Shown: positions 26,915 through 40,897 of the stretch, piece after piece | Numbering within the stretch: position 1 is the first letter of the stretch | Layout of the letters: each line of letters begins with the position of its first letter | NCBI GenBank assembly: GCA_951406725.2 | Contig: OX597814.1 | Location: 22,444,001-22,508,000 of the forward strand | Source of the DNA: Octopus vulgaris | Taxonomy: Eukaryota | Length of the DNA stretch: 64,000 nucleotides | Reading direction: 5' to 3' | Program-made: the position numbers and the translations under genes | The notes under the pieces: model-generated | What the model was told of the DNA's origin: nothing | Databases searched by the model: none | Seen by the model: only the letters and a program-made list of their open reading frames with translations

Positions 26915-28260
26915 ATTATAAATCTTCCACTGAAGAGGGAGCCAGTTGCCAACAAAGATACAAGTCTCCATCTTTGGGATGTAGTTAACAGACAAATTCA
27001 CATTTGGAACTAGAGAAAAGTATTGCATATTTTTACTCCTCCAATCACAGATTGCACTTTTAATGTACGAATCAGCCACACGATTTCTCTTTCTGTAAAT
27101 CCCAGTTCATCCAGATTGTCTTTTAAGCATTTACTAACAAAACCTAGAGCTTCAATTATTATTGGTATGAATATGAATTCATAGTCTGGATATAGAAGCT
27201 GGAGGCTTTTGAAGCAGCTGTCCATAGATATCCTCTTTTTCTTTAATTTTCAAGGATATATTTATATATGCAGGTCAGCCGATCTCTATGATGGTACATA
27301 CCTTTTCTCCTTTGACCCAAAGAACAATATCCGGCCTATTATGTATACATTTGACAGAAGTTTTGATGGGAATATTTCACTAGTATTCCTTGAGTTGGTG
27401 TTGATGAATGTATTCCATAACAGAAGGATTTTCTAAGTTTATATAAGGACAGTCTTTTTTTCCGGATAACATTGTAAATTGTTTTAGCAACAACATCGTG
27501 CCGCATAGGGAGGTAGTACAGTAACAACATTTTAGGACAGCTGCTAATCACATTTGTAATGTATTCCACAGGAACATAGGCTACACATGTAGTTGCACCT
27601 TGGGATTAAAAGAGCATCAGTGTATTTCTTGTTCATCAGGTACTTTGTGGCAATCTCCTGTTTCTGGATTGCAAATGTATAGCCTTCAAAGTGTGATGTT
27701 ATGTAGTGGTCTTGTTTCCATGTGAGGCTGCACTTTGTGTCAATTTTACTGTCTTCTTCAAGCTTCCTGGAAACACACCCATGCATAGTCTTTTTTTCTT
27801 TTTTGTATGCTAAGTGCTTTCCATCCAGGTCTTCTCTTAGGTAAGAGAGCCCAGCTGTTTTGGGGTTGTGTAGGAGATCATTAGGGAGAGAGTGTTTCTT
27901 GAGAAGTTCACTGTCAATTTGTACAATGCTGCTTACTTCACTTTTCAGCACTGCATTTATATATTTAGTTTTGCTGCTGTTGTTCAGTAGGTGCTGCCTG
28001 AGTGATACCATATTGCATTCGAAGGCCGTCTTCACTGATCTCAGGCCTCTACCACCTTCATTTCTTCTTATGAAGAGCCTGTCAACATCACTGTTTCTGT
28101 GGAAGTTCCCAGTTGTCAGGATTTTGCGGGTTTTGATATCTCTGGAGTGGATTTCTACTACAGTCCGATCAAATATCTCAAATGTTGGGATCAGCACTGT
28201 ACAGCAAATGCATACTGTTTTGTTGTTCCGACTGTCATGTTTTCCTAAGTCTGGTGTAAC
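26915..28260 (-). mobile_element. R4/Dong-type non-LTR retrotransposon 3' fragment (second subfamily)
   Basis: DIKTRKIL..FHRNSDVDRLFIRRNEGGRGL, EGYTFAIQKQEIATKY, CSLC..VISSC..MRHDVVAK, FIPIIIEALGFV in successive frames. Confidence 0.88.
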
Positions 28261-28335
28261 ATTCTCGGGTCACTCTATCTTTATTCACAGTGCCTCCATA
28301 TGATACATTTTCGTCTATGTCTAGGTACTAAGTCT

Positions 28336-28509
28336 ATGTATGTATGTATGTATGTATGTATGTATGTATGTATGTATGTATGTATGTATGTATGTATGTA
28401 TGTATGTATGTATGTATGTATGTATGTATGTGTGTGTGTGTGTGTGTGCGTATGTATGTATGTATGTAAGTATGCATGCATGTATGCATGTATGTATGTA
28501 TGTATGTAA

Positions 28510-28543
<34 letters not shown>

Positions 28544-28590
28544 ATGTATGTATGTATGTGTGTGCGTATGAATGTATGTATGCATGTATG

Positions 28591-28637
<47 letters not shown>
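28336..28637. repeat. (TATG)n/(TG)n microsatellite
   Basis: Directly visible. Confidence 0.96.
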
Positions 28638-28639
<2 letters not shown>

Positions 28640-28903
28640 ATCAGTACAAGTAGGTACCTTTATGTGTATATGTGTATGCGAGTAATCAAACATGGTTTAG
28701 TATAAAGATATGGGCATCCTCGTATATAGTCGTATTTATGTCCGTGCGTCTAAATGCGAGCGATTGTCTGTATATGTGTGTTGCTCTGGTCACGGACTAT
28801 CGTCGTTCTACAATGATGCTTTCCTGTTCGTTGATGGAAACATTCTAGGTATTGTCACAAACAACATACAATATGTAATATGTACTATTTACATAAAAAA
28901 AAA

Positions 28904-29220
28904 GACTCCGCCGGTTACGACGACGAGGGTCCCAGCTGATACGATCAACGGAACAGCTTGCTCGTGAAATTAACGTGCAAATGGCTGAGCATTCCACAGA
29001 CACGTGTACCCTTAACGTAGTTCTCGGGGATAATCAGCGTGACACAGAGAGTGACAAGGCTGACCCTTTGAAATACAAGTACAACTCATTTTTGCCAGCT
29101 GAGTGGACTGGAGCAACGTGAAATAAAGTGTGTTGCTCAAGGACACAACGCGTCGCCGGGAATCGAACTCACAACCTAACGATCATGAGTCGAATGCCCT
29201 AACCACTACGCCACGCGCCC
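28904..29220 (-). mobile_element. tRNA-derived SINE
   Basis: Minus strand: gtggcgtagtggttagggc (A box), gagttcgattccc (B box); same central domain as 20387-20718 but a different 3' tail. Confidence 0.88.
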
Positions 29221-29992
29221 TCACAACTATTTACATAACCTCTTATGAAAAGATATTGAGAACTAAGTTCATTTTGTTGCAGATTTCTCAAACAATTAAC
29301 TTTCGAATATGTTAAAATTTTATGACAATATTCACTGAGAATTCTTTATTTAAAATGGTTTGAAATATTTTATATCAAAGAGCTGTTGGCCAACACATTG
29401 TAAGTCAAATCAGATAGAGGTTAATTATAGTTCCTTCGAGATTATAGAGTGACGAGTATCGTATAAAGTCAATGTCGCCAGTACAGTTAATAGACAAGGC
29501 TTGAGGATGCTTTTTCCATAAATGTTTCACAATTCAAAGCTAATTTCTAGTACAAATAACAGTCAAACACATAAACAGAATTATTATAGAAAACAAAAAC
29601 AAAAAAAAAACAAAGAAAAAAAAAATGTTTATCTTCCGATTTACGTTTAACAATTTCTTTAAGCAATAAGAAGTAATAATTCATCTGATGTGTAGAGCGC
29701 TTTGGAACAGGAAGTAACATTAAGATGATTTGAAACGGTGAGCTTTTGGATACTTCGTTAACCTACATGATTTCTGTAAAGAAACGAATATTATGTAAAA
29801 AACATGTAAGTAAAACAGTCGCATTCCCAACACATAAAGTATAAGCCTTTCTGACTTGACGAGATAAACACGTATTGTATTTAAATTAGAAGAATTATTA
29901 ACTGGTGAAACTTAGCTGAAACGTATTTCTTTCTGACCTATACAGGAAAAATGATTTTCTTCTTTAAAAAGAAACATTAGAGACTGGGAGGG

Positions 29993-30330
29993 AGAAAGAA
30001 AGAGAGAGAGAGAGAGTGTGTGAGAGAGAGAAAGAGAGTGTGTGTGAGAGAGAGAGTGTGTGTGAGAGAGAGTGTGTGTGTGAGAGAGAGAGCGAGAGTG
30101 TGTGTGTGAGAGAAAGTATGTGTGTGTGAGAGAAAGTATGTGTGTGTGAGAGAGAGTGAGTGAGTGAGAGAGAGAGTGAGAAAGTGAGAGCGCGTGTTAT
30201 TGCGTGCATGCATGTGTGTGTGTGTGTATGTGTGTGAGAGAGAGTGAGAGAGTGAGAGCGCGTTTGCTTGCGTGCATGTGTGTGTGTGTGTGCGTGTGTG
30301 TGTGTGTGTGTACGTGTTGTATGTGTGTGT
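29993..30330. repeat. (GA)n/(GT)n compound microsatellite
   Basis: Directly visible. Confidence 0.93.
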
Positions 30331-31057
30331 AAGAATGTTGTATTGAAAGTGAGTTCTGTTGCTAGAGTGATTTTGATAGAAACAGCGACCGTCGATATCA
30401 GTGTTGTTATTTGAAGGCCAAGTTAAGAACTAGTGACATTTATTTTAATTTTTAAGTCGCGATACCCAAGTTACGTTGGTGCCGTATGAAGGAAAATAAA
30501 ACTCAACTATTGAATTTAAAGGTCGAGTCTACAGCAGGAGGTTAGAATTATAAACAATTCGATATAATTAATAATCGACAAATGTGTTGATTTAGCTGAA
30601 ACTTAATGCTATATCCAATTTCGCTGCAGTAAAGGATACGTCAAAACATATCAAAGAATATCGAAGTTTACTGTTGTGCGTGGATAGGCAGACTGATTAA
30701 ACAAAGAGCCAGAATATGTTTTGGTTTAGCGCTACGTTAACTTCTGATCATGTAGACTAGACGTGGGCGCCCCATTCTGAGAAACAGACCAAATGCAACA
30801 TGGAACATCATCAGGTGAGAACTACCACTAAAGCAAACTGAAGGTAAGTTTTCGTTAGGCCTACCATCAGAAAGTCAGACAGACCGCAGTTTGCCTATGA
30901 CTGTCTTTCCACTCATGACCATCCAAACAAGTAATTAGATAATAGTGATACACATACAAACACATCACACCTATGGATTGGTGTACCTAAAAGAATAATT
31001 TCCAGAGCTATTTACTAACTAAGATTCTTTTCACTTTTATTTAACAATTTAACTATG

Positions 31058-31229
31058 GGCGTAGGAGCGTAGGAGTAGCTGTGTGGTAAGTAGCTTGCTT
31101 ACGAACTACATAGTTCCGGGTTCAGTCCCACTGCGTGGCACCTGCAGCAGGTGTCTTCTACTATAGCCTCGGGCCGACCAAAGCCATTGAATGGATTTGG
31201 TAGAGGGAAACTGAAAGAAGCCCGACGTA

Positions 31230-31314
<85 letters not shown>

Positions 31315-31542
31315 TTGTGTGTATGTGTGTGTGTGTGTTTGTGTGTCTGTATTTGTCCCCCCAGCATCGCTTGACAACCGATGATGGTGTGTTTACGTCA
31401 CTATAACTTTCGGCAAAAGAGACCGATAGAATAAGTACTAAGTTTACAAAGAATAAGTCCTGGGGTCGATTTGCTCGACTACAGGCGGTGCTCCAGCATG
31501 GCCACAGTTAAATGACTGAAACAAGTAAAAGAATAAAAGAGT
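31058..31542 (+). mobile_element. tRNA-derived SINE with internal (TA)/(TG) microsatellite
   Basis: gctgtgtggtaagtagcttgc..gggttcagtccc head; tail gactgaaacaagtaaaagaataaaag; matches 42885-43287 in reverse. Confidence 0.9.
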
Positions 31543-32950
31543 ATCTAACGATATATCTGGCGATCCCTCTTTTTCTCTTTCTTCTGTTGATGTCTATATC
31601 AATGCGGATAGACAGATACTTCAACTGATGAAAGATAAAAGATAAAAAGATCTCGCCGTAGATGTGGGAGTGATGGGTTATGTGAGCAAATTTGTCCGTC
31701 TGCCTATGATCTCAAAATGGTCCTCAATTTCTGGGAAAATGAGAACTATAGCATTGAAGACAATACAAGAAGCAGCCGAGCATAATTCCAACGGGATCTC
31801 GCCAAACAGGAATAAAAGGGAACTATGGACGACATAATTAATCTTAAGATTAACGGGTGTCTTGAGTCGAAGTTGTTACGATCTCCGCTTGATTCTGGGG
31901 TAAATTGAGCACACAAAAAGGTGCTCATTCATCATTTATATGATGAATGAACAACAACAACAACAACGACGACGGCGACAATAATAACAACAACAACAAA
32001 ACAGCAAATGAGACAAGTTTTCTCCAAGGTGTTAGTTTCACGTGTGAAAATATAAAGGAACACACATATTAAATGCATATACATACAAACACATCACACA
32101 TATACATACCTATATACGACATACAAACACACACAAACACACACACACAAAATACAAACACACACATATATACACACACGCGTGCATAAAAAAGTAACTG
32201 GTTAAATCGACAGTTTATTATAATAGGCGGAATGTTTATTTTTCCCAGTTAGAAACGAAAGTAGTTATTCAATACATTCACAACATTGCCTGTTTGATTG
32301 ACAATTATTTTCCATTTGTATATTTATCTGTTTTTTTATGATTTGATATTTCCGGTTATCGATAAACTATATCTTTCGTACTAAAATAACACCATAGCGT
32401 TTGTGCTTTTAGTGCGTGCAGAGAGAGAGGGAGAGAGAGAGAGGGTGGGGGAAGAGAGAGATAGGGGAGGAGAGGAAGAGAGAGAGAGTCTTTGTTTCCC
32501 GATGCATGCAACTTCATTCATTCGGTTGTCTGACCGAAAATTTCCCATCCTTCAATTATTTTTCCTAGTTTACTTTCCACTTCGCTGTCCTATTTCCTGT
32601 TTTGGGAACAATTCATTACTTTGTAATCATCGAAGCTGCTTTGTTGTGGCATGAACTTATTTTCTTGATCCCATCAATGAACCATGATATTGAATTTACT
32701 TTGCTGTTTGGTTGGCTCGAAACCAAGACCTACACATACTAGATTTTATAAACAATTCTGTCATTGCTAAATCTAACTGCCAGTAAATCTGAAGGCACGT
32801 GGTATTTTTAAAATACTAGGCCAATTTATGAGTAAACTTATTTGGCTTCTTTTACAGGCGTTGATATATAACCCTCTCACAGATTCAATAAATCGATTTC
32901 AGTTCTGTATTTCATTACTCGACAACAATTATACATATTGCTAATATATT

Positions 32951-34276
<1,326 letters not shown>

Positions 34277-34290
34277 CTACCCCCTACCTA
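34277..34290 (-). promoter_or_regulatory. Polypurine tract (also at 37517-37530)
   Basis: TAGGTAGGGGGTAG on the minus strand immediately before the LTR. Confidence 0.85.
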
Positions 34291-34346
34291 AGCTTTTGTC
34301 GACCCGACAAAGCATAACAAACCCCCAGCTCCGAGGGCGAGCTCCA

Positions 34347-36221
34347 TCAGACGTTCCAGGAAGTGGAGGTCCCCTTGGGTGGTTTCTCCTCCGGGGGTCT
34401 CACCTCCCACGGCCACCACTTCAGCACCAGCCACAGGTTGGCACCTTCCCTCTGCGGCTTGGGTAACACCTCCGCCAACGCCGCCAGGCTTCCTACTAGC
34501 CGCCCACAATAGGCGCACCGTCCGAGGAAGTTCCTCAAATCCCTCACACAGGAAGGGTCCGGCCAATCCTTCACAGTGGCCACCTTCCTCAGGGCTCTAT
34601 AGCCCACGTAGCACCTTGCTGTACCATCCCCATTCCGCGCAATTATCGCTGACGACCACGGACTATTCTGTCCTTTCACTGCTCCCTGTCGCCGATATCT
34701 CCTCTTGCGCTGCTGTACTGAGACCTTCCTCCGGCCTCGCTGCTTCCTCAAGCGACAACCGCCTTGGTCGACGAAACGTTCTGCCAGGTCCGTGCGACCA
34801 GCATCCAACAACCCTCGCGACCAACGTCCTGCACTCTTCACCAACGGTTGCTTCTTCCGCAACTGCATCAGCGGACCACGATCTCCCTTAACTTCATCAC
34901 TGCACCGGCAGAACTGACCCCGCCGCTGGTTCACCGTCCGGCGCAGTTCCACGATTTGCCCTCTGCAAATCGCCTGCGCAGCCTTCAATAACTCGGCCGA
35001 CCCAACCAGCGCTCTGTCGGCCTCTGCCTCCACCAGGGTCCAGCCGACCCTCAATTGAGCTCTTACTCCGCACTGCATGTCGGGCTCCACCGGCCCCACG
35101 CAACCATCGAATACAGAGCTCCCCCAAGTGCCAACAAAGCACCAGCGACTCCTTGCGGACCGCTTCCTCAACTGCATCCGTGGGCCACCACCTCCTTCAA
35201 CTGCGTTGCCGTATCGGCAGAGCTGGCCCCACCACTGGTTCGCCATCTGGCACGATTCCTCGATTTGCCTTCTGCAAATCGCCTGTGCCACTTCCAAAAG
35301 ATCGGCCGATCCAGCCAGCGCTCCACCAGCTTCTGCTTCCACTAGGGTCCACCCGACCCTCAATCGAGCTTTCACTAGGCACTGCCTGTCGGGCTCCACC
35401 GGCCCCAAGCAACCATCAACCACAAAGCTCACCCAACGCTGAAGCAGTCTTCCTGGTCTCGGTGGACCCACCACCGTTCGCAGCCGTCTCGCCTCGTCAA
35501 CGGGCCTGGTCCTTTTCCTCACCAGCTTCCGTCCCGCAGGCCTCACAACACACACGCCCGGCCGCCAGTCCATCCACGCCTGTGGCCTCTCCACAGTGGG
35601 AACAATACAGTCCCTCTGGGCCCCAAGAGACAGGAGTCCAGACACCAAAGGACTCGCACACGGCACAACACCTGCCGCGACCATCACACACAGAGCCGGA
35701 ACCTCGGACTCAGCGACATCCGCCCCAGACCTCGCCAGCTCTTCGTCCTGAGCTCCGAGAGACAGGGGTCGAGATGCCAAGGGCTCCAGACACGGAACAA
35801 CAGCATCAGCCATAACACCTTCCACAGGCCTTTTGGTTACTTCAACCTCTACGGGTTCCAAATCACAAGATTTCTTGGGTACAGCGTCACAAATTTCGGC
35901 AACCAGCCCAGGTTCCGCAAACACAGCCGGTCCAGCATCACAGATTTCGGCAACACTTCCTTCACTATCTGTTTCCCTCGATGCTTCGTTCGAGGGGCAA
36001 TCTCTGCCCACAGGACCGTCGCTATCCTCGGTCCAACACCGATCCTTCAAAGCTGACCCATCCGCAACCTCAAGCTCCCGCTGATCTGCCCACAGGCCCT
36101 GTCGCCTCCTGTCCATTCTCTCCACGAACGCGTCCGTCTGCGCCATCTGGCCCCTTAACATCTCCACAATCAGAGCAAGCGAAATCTCCTCGTCTCCGGT
36201 CTGACAACCAGACAAATCCAT
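34347..36221 (-). CDS. Internally deleted gag/pol-derived ORF (624 aa from ATG), copy 1
   Basis: Uninterrupted ORF; RT N-terminal remnant NSPWSSAIIARNGDGTARCYVGYRAL fused to RT C-terminal KVATVKDWPDP..LRNFLGRCAY; no YxDD, RNase H or integrase seen. Confidence 0.75.
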   Translation of the reverse strand: MDLSGCQTGDEEISLALIVEMLRGQMAQTDAFVERMDRRRQGLWADQRELEVADGSALKDRCWTEDSDGPVGRDCPSNEASRETDSEGSVAEICDAGPAVFAEPGLVAEICDAVPKKSCDLEPVEVEVTKRPVEGVMADAVVPCLEPLASRPLSLGAQDEELARSGADVAESEVPALCVMVAAGVVPCASPLVSGLLSLGAQRDCIVPTVERPQAWMDWRPGVCVVRPAGRKLVRKRTRPVDEARRLRTVVGPPRPGRLLQRWVSFVVDGCLGPVEPDRQCLVKARLRVGWTLVEAEAGGALAGSADLLEVAQAICRRQIEESCQMANQWWGQLCRYGNAVEGGGGPRMQLRKRSARSRWCFVGTWGSSVFDGCVGPVEPDMQCGVRAQLRVGWTLVEAEADRALVGSAELLKAAQAICRGQIVELRRTVNQRRGQFCRCSDEVKGDRGPLMQLRKKQPLVKSAGRWSRGLLDAGRTDLAERFVDQGGCRLRKQRGRRKVSVQQRKRRYRRQGAVKGQNSPWSSAIIARNGDGTARCYVGYRALRKVATVKDWPDPSCVRDLRNFLGRCAYCGRLVGSLAALAEVLPKPQREGANLWLVLKWWPWEVRPPEEKPPKGTSTSWNV

Positions 36222-36259
36222 AGCGAAAAAGAACCGATCGAAACGCAACAATCAGGACA

Positions 36260-36277
36260 ATCCCACTTCTGACACCA
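36260..36277 (-). promoter_or_regulatory. Primer binding site complementary to the tRNA-Leu 3' end (also at 39500-39517)
   Basis: TGGTGTCAGAAGTGGGAT, 2 nt from the LTR end. Confidence 0.9.
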
Positions 36278-36279
36278 GT

Positions 36280-37516
36280 TGTTAAGGAACGGACGGGATC
36301 GCCCGCCGTCGCTCGTCCCGAACGGCTCACACAAGTTCCGCCACGGAACCCAGAGAGGAGGAGAGGGGAGAGATACTACAACAACCACAACCTCAGCAGC
36401 ACAGAGATACAGAGGCACAACCCGAGATACAACCCAAAGAGGCAAGGCAACAACTGGCAACACTGGCTTATATTCAAACAACAGTTTATACGACAATTAC
36501 AATTGTTACAACATCAAGATACATCAAAGCATGCACGTGACTACTCAATACATAATACAACATCATGTAACAATTCAAGAGTACACGTCCCAAGACAACA
36601 GTTCTTTAAAGTCTCTTCCTAAACATCAACAGATAACGTTCACAGTTCTTTATAATCTTTTTCTACACATATCAACACAATTCTGAACATAAATACCACA
36701 ATCGACATATCGACAAGTCCTTGACTGTTCTTTTCACTGTTCATTTCTTTTCACTGTCTCTTTACATTGTGACACGCATCAATACACAATCACATACCTT
36801 AATTCCCAACTGAATCACCAGTGTCCCATTCTGCACCTCATCTCTCCGTACATATTCCCTTCTGTGCCGCTAAGTTCTCTCGCATCCCAACTTGCTCCTA
36901 AGATTCCACCGCTTGCTCCTAACTTCCAAGAATCCGACTGTGTTCTTCGAGGACCGACCACCGACTGCAAGATCCGTCTGTGTTCTTCGACGACCGCTCA
37001 ACGACTGCCCTTCTTGACGACCAACTGCGAACTGCCCAAAACCTCACCTCCTCGTCCTGACTTCCACTACCTCATCTCCCTCTCTCTATATCGCTCATAC
37101 CCTTTCTAACTGCTCTCTTATCCTTATACTCTATCTCTATTCTCAATCTGTCCCTTACTGCTTATAGCCTCTCTATCTGCTCTCTGATCTTACTGCCTAT
37201 CTCTATCACCTGCTGCCTATTACCCTCTCTATCTGTCCCTTTTCTCTTACTGCCTATCTCTATCGCCTGCTGCCTATTACCCTCTCTTGACAGCTCTACC
37301 ATACTCTCTGCCTGTCCCTCTCTGCCCCCTCATCCTCTCTCACGACATATTCAAGGGGTGTCCAGAGCGACCCCTAATTCACCCGCACAAGGTCACAGGT
37401 CATTCCAAAACCCATTAGTCCTCCATTAAACAAAAGACTGTGACTTTTCTACTAGACATGCCGGAACCATCATTCCTATGTGGGTCAGAAACACTGCACT
37501 AGTTAAACCCGTAACA
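36280..37516 (-). repeat. Middle LTR
   Basis: TGTTAAGG...CCGTAACA; appears identical to 39520-40756. Confidence 0.95.
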
Positions 37517-37586
37517 CTACCCCCTACCTAAGCTTTTGTCGACCCGACAAAGCATAACAAACCCCCAGCTCCGAGGGCGAGCTCCA

Positions 37587-39461
37587 TCAGACGTTCCAGG
37601 AAGTGGAGGTCCCCTTGGGTGGTTTCTCCTCCGGGGGTCTCACCTCCCACGGCCACCACTTCAGCACCAGCCACAGGTTGGCACCTTCCCTCTGCGGCTT
37701 GGGTAACACCTCCGCCAACGCCGCCAGGCTTCCTACTAGCCGCCCACAATAGGCGCACCGTCCGAGGAAGTTCCTCAAATCCCTCACACAGGAAGGGTCC
37801 GGCCAATCCTTCACAGTGGCCACCTTCCTCAGGGCTCTATAGCCCACGTAGCACCTTGCTGTACCATCCCCATTCCGCGCAATTATCGCTGACGACCACG
37901 GACTATTCTGTCCTTTCACTGCTCCCTGTCGCCGATATCTCCTCTTGCGCTGCTGTACTGAGACCTTCCTCCGGCCTCGCTGCTTCCTCAAGCGACAACC
38001 GCCTTGGTCGACGAAACGTTCTGCCAGGTCCGTGCGACCAGCATCCAACAACCCTCGCGACCAACGTCCTGCACTCTTCACCAACGGTTGCTTCTTCCGC
38101 AACTGCATCAGCGGACCACGATCTCCCTTAACTTCATCACTGCACCGGCAGAACTGACCCCGCCGCTGGTTCACCGTCCGGCGCAGTTCCACGATTTGCC
38201 CTCTGCAAATCGCCTGCGCAGCCTTCAATAACTCGGCCGACCCAACCAGCGCTCTGTCGGCCTCTGCCTCCACCAGGGTCCAGCCGACCCTCAATTGAGC
38301 TCTTACTCCGCACTGCATGTCGGGCTCCACCGGCCCCACGCAACCATCGAATACAGAGCTCCCCCAAGTGCCAACAAAGCACCAGCGACTCCTTGCGGAC
38401 CGCTTCCTCAACTGCATCCGTGGGCCACCACCTCCTTCAACTGCGTTGCCGTATCGGCAGAGCTGGCCCCACCACTGGTTCGCCATCTGGCACGATTCCT
38501 CGATTTGCCTTCTGCAAATCGCCTGTGCCACTTCCAAAAGATCGGCCGATCCAGCCAGCGCTCCACCAGCTTCTGCTTCCACTAGGGTCCACCCGACCCT
38601 CAATCGAGCTTTCACTAGGCACTGCCTGTCGGGCTCCACCGGCCCCAAGCAACCATCAACCACAAAGCTCACCCAACGCTGAAGCAGTCTTCCTGGTCTC
38701 GGTGGACCCACCACCGTTCGCAGCCGTCTCGCCTCGTCAACGGGCCTGGTCCTTTTCCTCACCAGCTTCCGTCCCGCAGGCCTCACAACACACACGCCCG
38801 GCCGCCAGTCCATCCACGCCTGTGGCCTCTCCACAGTGGGAACAATACAGTCCCTCTGGGCCCCAAGAGACAGGAGTCCAGACACCAAAGGACTCGCACA
38901 CGGCACAACACCTGCCGCGACCATCACACACAGAGCCGGAACCTCGGACTCAGCGACATCCGCCCCAGACCTCGCCAGCTCTTCGTCCTGAGCTCCGAGA
39001 GACAGGGGTCGAGATGCCAAGGGCTCCAGACACGGAACAACAGCATCAGCCATAACACCTTCCACAGGCCTTTTGGTTACTTCAACCTCTACGGGTTCCA
39101 AATCACAAGATTTCTTGGGTACAGCGTCACAAATTTCGGCAACCAGCCCAGGTTCCGCAAACACAGCCGGTCCAGCATCACAGATTTCGGCAACACTTCC
39201 TTCACTATCTGTTTCCCTCGATGCTTCGTTCGAGGGGCAATCTCTGCCCACAGGACCGTCGCTATCCTCGGTCCAACACCGATCCTTCAAAGCTGACCCA
39301 TCCGCAACCTCAAGCTCCCGCTGATCTGCCCACAGGCCCTGTCGCCTCCTGTCCATTCTCTCCACGAACGCGTCCGTCTGCGCCATCTGGCCCCTTAACA
39401 TCTCCACAATCAGAGCAAGCGAAATCTCCTCGTCTCCGGTCTGACAACCAGACAAATCCAT
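37587..39461 (-). CDS. Internally deleted gag/pol-derived ORF, copy 2
   Basis: Translation identical to copy 1. Confidence 0.75.
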   Translation of the reverse strand: MDLSGCQTGDEEISLALIVEMLRGQMAQTDAFVERMDRRRQGLWADQRELEVADGSALKDRCWTEDSDGPVGRDCPSNEASRETDSEGSVAEICDAGPAVFAEPGLVAEICDAVPKKSCDLEPVEVEVTKRPVEGVMADAVVPCLEPLASRPLSLGAQDEELARSGADVAESEVPALCVMVAAGVVPCASPLVSGLLSLGAQRDCIVPTVERPQAWMDWRPGVCVVRPAGRKLVRKRTRPVDEARRLRTVVGPPRPGRLLQRWVSFVVDGCLGPVEPDRQCLVKARLRVGWTLVEAEAGGALAGSADLLEVAQAICRRQIEESCQMANQWWGQLCRYGNAVEGGGGPRMQLRKRSARSRWCFVGTWGSSVFDGCVGPVEPDMQCGVRAQLRVGWTLVEAEADRALVGSAELLKAAQAICRGQIVELRRTVNQRRGQFCRCSDEVKGDRGPLMQLRKKQPLVKSAGRWSRGLLDAGRTDLAERFVDQGGCRLRKQRGRRKVSVQQRKRRYRRQGAVKGQNSPWSSAIIARNGDGTARCYVGYRALRKVATVKDWPDPSCVRDLRNFLGRCAYCGRLVGSLAALAEVLPKPQREGANLWLVLKWWPWEVRPPEEKPPKGTSTSWNV

Positions 39462-39519
39462 AGCGAAAAAGAACCGATCGAAACGCAACAATCAGGACAA
39501 TCCCACTTCTGACACCAGT

Positions 39520-40756
39520 TGTTAAGGAACGGACGGGATCGCCCGCCGTCGCTCGTCCCGAACGGCTCACACAAGTTCCGCCACGGAACCCAGAGAGGAG
39601 GAGAGGGGAGAGATACTACAACAACCACAACCTCAGCAGCACAGAGATACAGAGGCACAACCCGAGATACAACCCAAAGAGGCAAGGCAACAACTGGCAA
39701 CACTGGCTTATATTCAAACAACAGTTTATACGACAATTACAATTGTTACAACATCAAGATACATCAAAGCATGCACGTGACTACTCAATACATAATACAA
39801 CATCATGTAACAATTCAAGAGTACACGTCCCAAGACAACAGTTCTTTAAAGTCTCTTCCTAAACATCAACAGATAACGTTCACAGTTCTTTATAATCTTT
39901 TTCTACACATATCAACACAATTCTGAACATAAATACCACAATCGACATATCGACAAGTCCTTGACTGTTCTTTTCACTGTTCATTTCTTTTCACTGTCTC
40001 TTTACATTGTGACACGCATCAATACACAATCACATACCTTAATTCCCAACTGAATCACCAGTGTCCCATTCTGCACCTCATCTCTCCGTACATATTCCCT
40101 TCTGTGCCGCTAAGTTCTCTCGCATCCCAACTTGCTCCTAAGATTCCACCGCTTGCTCCTAACTTCCAAGAATCCGACTGTGTTCTTCGAGGACCGACCA
40201 CCGACTGCAAGATCCGTCTGTGTTCTTCGACGACCGCTCAACGACTGCCCTTCTTGACGACCAACTGCGAACTGCCCAAAACCTCACCTCCTCGTCCTGA
40301 CTTCCACTACCTCATCTCCCTCTCTCTATATCGCTCATACCCTTTCTAACTGCTCTCTTATCCTTATACTCTATCTCTATTCTCAATCTGTCCCTTACTG
40401 CTTATAGCCTCTCTATCTGCTCTCTGATCTTACTGCCTATCTCTATCACCTGCTGCCTATTACCCTCTCTATCTGTCCCTTTTCTCTTACTGCCTATCTC
40501 TATCGCCTGCTGCCTATTACCCTCTCTTGACAGCTCTACCATACTCTCTGCCTGTCCCTCTCTGCCCCCTCATCCTCTCTCACGACATATTCAAGGGGTG
40601 TCCAGAGCGACCCCTAATTCACCCGCACAAGGTCACAGGTCATTCCAAAACCCATTAGTCCTCCATTAAACAAAAGACTGTGACTTTTCTACTAGACATG
40701 CCGGAACCATCATTCCTATGTGGGTCAGAAACACTGCACTAGTTAAACCCGTAACA
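39520..40756 (-). repeat. 5' LTR
   Basis: TGTTAAGG...CCGTAACA; followed on the minus strand by the PBS. Confidence 0.95.
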
Positions 40757-40841
<85 letters not shown>

Positions 40842-40897
40842 CATATATGGGTACAGGACGTCACGAATAGTAAACAATTTGAAATATGGGTACAATC

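Noticed and set aside
26928-26945. ctgaagag as a hammerhead core
   Set aside because: No stem II or GAAA follows; it is the 3' end of the Dong-type element on the other strand
31907-31950. Two adjacent small hairpins (tgagcac/gtgctca and ttcatcat/atgatgaa)
   Set aside because: Too short to distinguish from chance; no supporting context
34379-39926. Plus-strand and nested ORFs in the LTR element
   Set aside because: Antisense or alternative-frame by-products of GC-rich sequence
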